Assembly: GCA_004431415.1 (NCBI GenBank)
Contig: QPMI01000355.1
Coordinates: 1-33,573, forward strand
DNA from: Cyanophora paradoxa CCMP329
Lineage: Eukaryota > Plantae > Glaucophyta
Length of the DNA stretch: 33,573 nt
Reading direction: 5' to 3'
In this document: positions 30,801 to 33,573 of the stretch, piece after piece
Layout of the letters: every line of letters begins with the position of its first letter
Numbering within the stretch: position 1 is the stretch's first letter
Made by a program: the position numbers and the translations under genes
The notes under the pieces: model-generated
Database searches by the model: none
The model's input: the letters and a program-made list of their open reading frames with translations, nothing else
What the model was told of the DNA's origin: nothing

Positions 30801-33573
30801 GGAGCTGCAGGCGCTGCTGCGGGCGCGGGCGCGGCGGTGCCTGGAGCGTTTCTTCGCGAGGGCGGCGAGCGGCGAGGCGGCGGCGCTCGCCGCGCTGCGG
30901 GGGCGGCCGAGGCCCTCGCCGACGCCCCGCGCCTCTTCGCGGCGGCCAACGCCGCCGTCCCGCTCCCCGTCGCCGCCGCCGAGCCGGCCCCGGAGGCCCT
31001 CGCCGACCTCCGCGCCCTCGCCGCCCTCGCCCACCTCCTTGCCTCCGACCCCGGTCCCCGCCCGCGCCCCGCGCCCCGCCCACCGGCTCACCCCCCCGCA
31101 GGCGTCACGCCGTACGAGCTGCTGCGCGCCGGCGTGCCGCGGGCGCTGCTGGAGTACCTGACGCGCGGGAGGCCCGGGGGCGCCGGCGCGGCAGCAGCGG
31201 CACCTCTTCCGCCTGCGCGCCTTCGCGCACTTCTTCGCGGGGCGCCGAGCCCCGTCCCTCGCGGCCGGCCCTTCTCGGGGGCCGCCCCCGGCGAGCCCGG
31301 CGCGCCGCTGCGGGCGCTCGTGCGCCTCGTGCGCGGCTGCCTCGAGCTCGCCGACGCGCTCGCCCCCTCGCCGCCCCCGACGAGCCCGAGGCCGACCCGA
31401 GCCGGCCCCGCCGCGCCCGGCGGCGCCCGCAGCGCGCAGCAGGCCGTGCCCCGTGCGTGCCCCACGCTGCGCTCGCGCGCTGAGGGCGGCGCTGAGGGCC
31501 GGCGCGCAGGGCGGGGCCTGGGCTTCGGGCCGGCGGGCGCGGGGCGCGCGGGCGGCGTCGCCCTTCGCGCCGGCGCCGAACGCGGCGGCGCGGCGCCTCG
31601 CGGAGGCCTTCGAGCGTGCGGCCGCCCGCGCGCCCCCTCCGCCCCGCCTCACCCCGCGCCCCGCAGGCCTCTGCGTCGATGGCGGCCCCGGCCCGCGCCC
31701 CCGCCGCCCACGAGCCGACCACCTCGCCGCGGCGCCAGGCGCGCCGGGCGGGGCGGCGGAGGAGGATGCGGCCTGGGGCCGCTTCTGGGGCCGTCTGGCG
31801 GACGAAGGGTCGTGGGAGGGGGCGACGGGCCACGCGGTGGTCGTCCGCATGGAGCGCGAGGCGGCGCGGGGCGCGGCGGGGCTCGGGTGGGGGCCGGGGA
31901 GGCGGCGGGGGTCCTGCTCGCTTGCTGCGCGTGCTGCACGCGCTGAACCGCCTCTGGCCGTGGCTCTACGACGAGTCGCCCACGCGGGCCCGCCGCCGGC
32001 CTCCCTGGGCCCCGTCCACGCCGCCGAGTTCGTGAGCGGCCCCCTCACCGCCGCCCTCCTCCGCGCCTGCTACGAGGGGCTCGTCCCTCCGCCGCCGCCC
32101 CCTGGGCCCCCGCCGCCCGCCGCCCGGCGCGCACGCCCCGACCCCCGCCGCCACGCACGCCGCGTCGCCCCTCCTGCCCCGGCCTTCTCCGGGGGGCGGG
32201 CGGGGCCCCTTCGGTGCGGGGGAGCGGGAGGGGCCTCGCCGGCGCGGGCGGGGCCGGGGAGGGGCCGGGGAGGCGGCCCCTCGCCCCGCGCGGGGGCCTC
32301 GGCTTCGGCTACGGCCGCTCGCCCCTCGAGGCCTTCGGCGCCCTCTCCGCGGCCGCCCGCACCCCGTCCCCGGCCCGATCCCCCTTTGCCCCGCACGCCA
32401 CCCCGCCTCGCCCCGCGCGCCGGCTCCCAGCACGCCGGCCCGCCCTCTCGCCCCCGCCCACCCCATCTTTCCCTCCTCGCCCGCTCGCGACGGCCCTCCG
32501 TTGGCGTCGCTCTCGCCCGGGGCGCGGGCGGGGCCGGGTGCGGGGCCGCCCCCGCGGGGGCTGGTGGGGCCGCCTCGTGCACGCCTGCCCCTTCCTCTTC
32601 CCTTCGAGGCCCGCCGCCTCCACTTCGAGTGCCCGCGCCCCGCCCCCGCCCCCGCCCCGCGCGCCCCTCCGACCCGCCCCCGCGCAGGCTCGCCGCCTTC
32701 GGGGCGCCGCGGGCAGCGAGCGCGCTGCTGCGGCGGCACGAGGAGGCGGGGCGGGGCGGGCCGGCGACGGCGGCGGCGCTGGAGGCGCTGCGGATCCCGA
32801 AGGTGCCGCGGCAGAAGGTGCGGGTCTCGCGGGGCCGCGTGCTGGAGTGCGCGTACAAGGCGATGGAGCTCTACGGCGGGCGCGGCTCGAGCCTGGAGGT
32901 GGAGTACTTCGAGGAGGCGGGGACGGGCCTGGGCCCGACCCTCGAGTTCTACACCCTCGTCTGCCAGGAGCTCCAGCGCAAGGGCCTCCACATGTGGCGC
33001 GACGACGAGCCCGCCCCGCCCCGGTCCGCCCCCGCGCCCCCTCGCCCCGTCCTCCGCACCCTCGCGCCCGCCCCGCCCACGGTCCCGCCCCCGCAGCTCA
33101 AAGAGCAAGAAGGAGAAGGAGAAGGAGCGGGAGGGGCCGCGGGGGGGCGGGGCGGCGGCGTCGGAGGCCGGGACCTCGGAGGCGGCCGCGGGGGAGGCGG
33201 CCCCGGAGGGCGCCCCCGCGCACGCCCCGGAGGCCGAGCCGCCGGGCGGCCGCAGCTGGTGGCGGGGCCGCGGCCCGGGGCCGGCCGTCGGCGTTCAGCG
33301 CGGCGGGCCGGGGCCCGGGCGCACCGGTTCGGGGCGCGGGCGGGCCGGGGCTGGGGATCCCGCACGAGACGAGCAGCGTCGACGCCGACGTCGCCTCCTC
33401 CACCGTCGTCCGCCCCCGCCCCCCGCCCCCGCCCCGGCGCCGCTCTGACGCGGCGCCGCCGGGCGCAGTGGAGCGTGGGCGACACGAGCCGCCCGCACAG
33501 CGCCCGCTCCCACTCGCCCTCCACCGGCCCCCACGGCCCGCCTCTGGCGGCCTGGCCGGCGCCTTGGCGCTCC
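27845..33573 (+). CDS. TRIP12/UPL3/Ufd4-type ARM-repeat HECT E3 ubiquitin ligase (3' end beyond the window)
   Basis: LSELC; LATRALTHMMEAMP; LRSVEYIELAEQSVLAIERL; LRAGGL.ALL.HLDFF...QRAAL; GVTPYELL; LLRVLHALN; ACPFLF(P)FEARR; RQKVRVSRGRVLE; SLEVEYFEEAGTGLGPTLEFYTLV.QELQRKGL.MWR (start of the HECT N-lobe). Several frame slips in G/C runs. Confidence 0.92.
28625..28698 (+). other. U12-type (minor spliceosome) AT-AC intron
   Basis: 5' end ATATCCTT; branch-like CCCCTGAC at 28676-28683; 3' end CAC; no AG anywhere in the interval. Removal gives ...AGLM-V-LATRALTHMMEAMP in frame. Confidence 0.9.

Noticed and set aside
1130-32610. Frameshifts in VPS18 (about 1140), the RS zinc-finger gene, MPS1 and the HECT gene (e.g. 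about 32600, CPFLF[P]FE lacks one C) as pseudogenes or programmed frameshifting
   Set aside because: The ones I could localise are single-base losses in G/C homopolymers of otherwise intact conserved genes, typical of long-read consensus errors. Short-read polishing would settle it.
175-33534. Hundreds of long overlapping Arg/Pro/Gly/Ala-rich ORFs on both strands
   Set aside because: Stop codons are rare at this GC content. The ORFs are shadows of, or read-throughs across, spliced genes and have no independent motifs.

Overview
This is eukaryotic nuclear DNA, extremely GC-rich and intron-dense (about 85 hand-inferred introns, mostly 45-90 nt). Most ORFs in the supplied track are GC-driven artefacts; the real genes only appear after splicing. 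In order: VPS18 (+), an RS-rich U1-type zinc-finger protein (-), MPS1/TTK kinase (+), an orphan single-pass membrane protein (-), an FkbM-family methyltransferase (+), a kinesin-14 (+), a YqaJ/lambda-exonuclease-like nuclease (-), SPT6 (+), RPS26 (-), and a TRIP12/UPL3/Ufd4-type HECT E3 ligase (+, runs off the window). The main unusual signals are four. (1) A G-rich/C-rich wave of about 200-280 nt is written into synonymous codon choice, and introns tend to sit at the C-to-G switch. (2) The splicing code is unusual: about 15% GC-AG introns, donor consensus G[T/C][G/C]CG[C/T], and usually no polypyrimidine tract. (3) There is a clear AT-AC U12-type intron in the HECT gene. (4) SPT6 carries a prion-like octapeptide tail. 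Several single-base frameshifts in G/C homopolymers look like long-read assembly errors. The organism cannot be identified from this window; a GC-rich alga or protist such as a glaucophyte is only a guess. All intron boundaries and counts were derived by hand.
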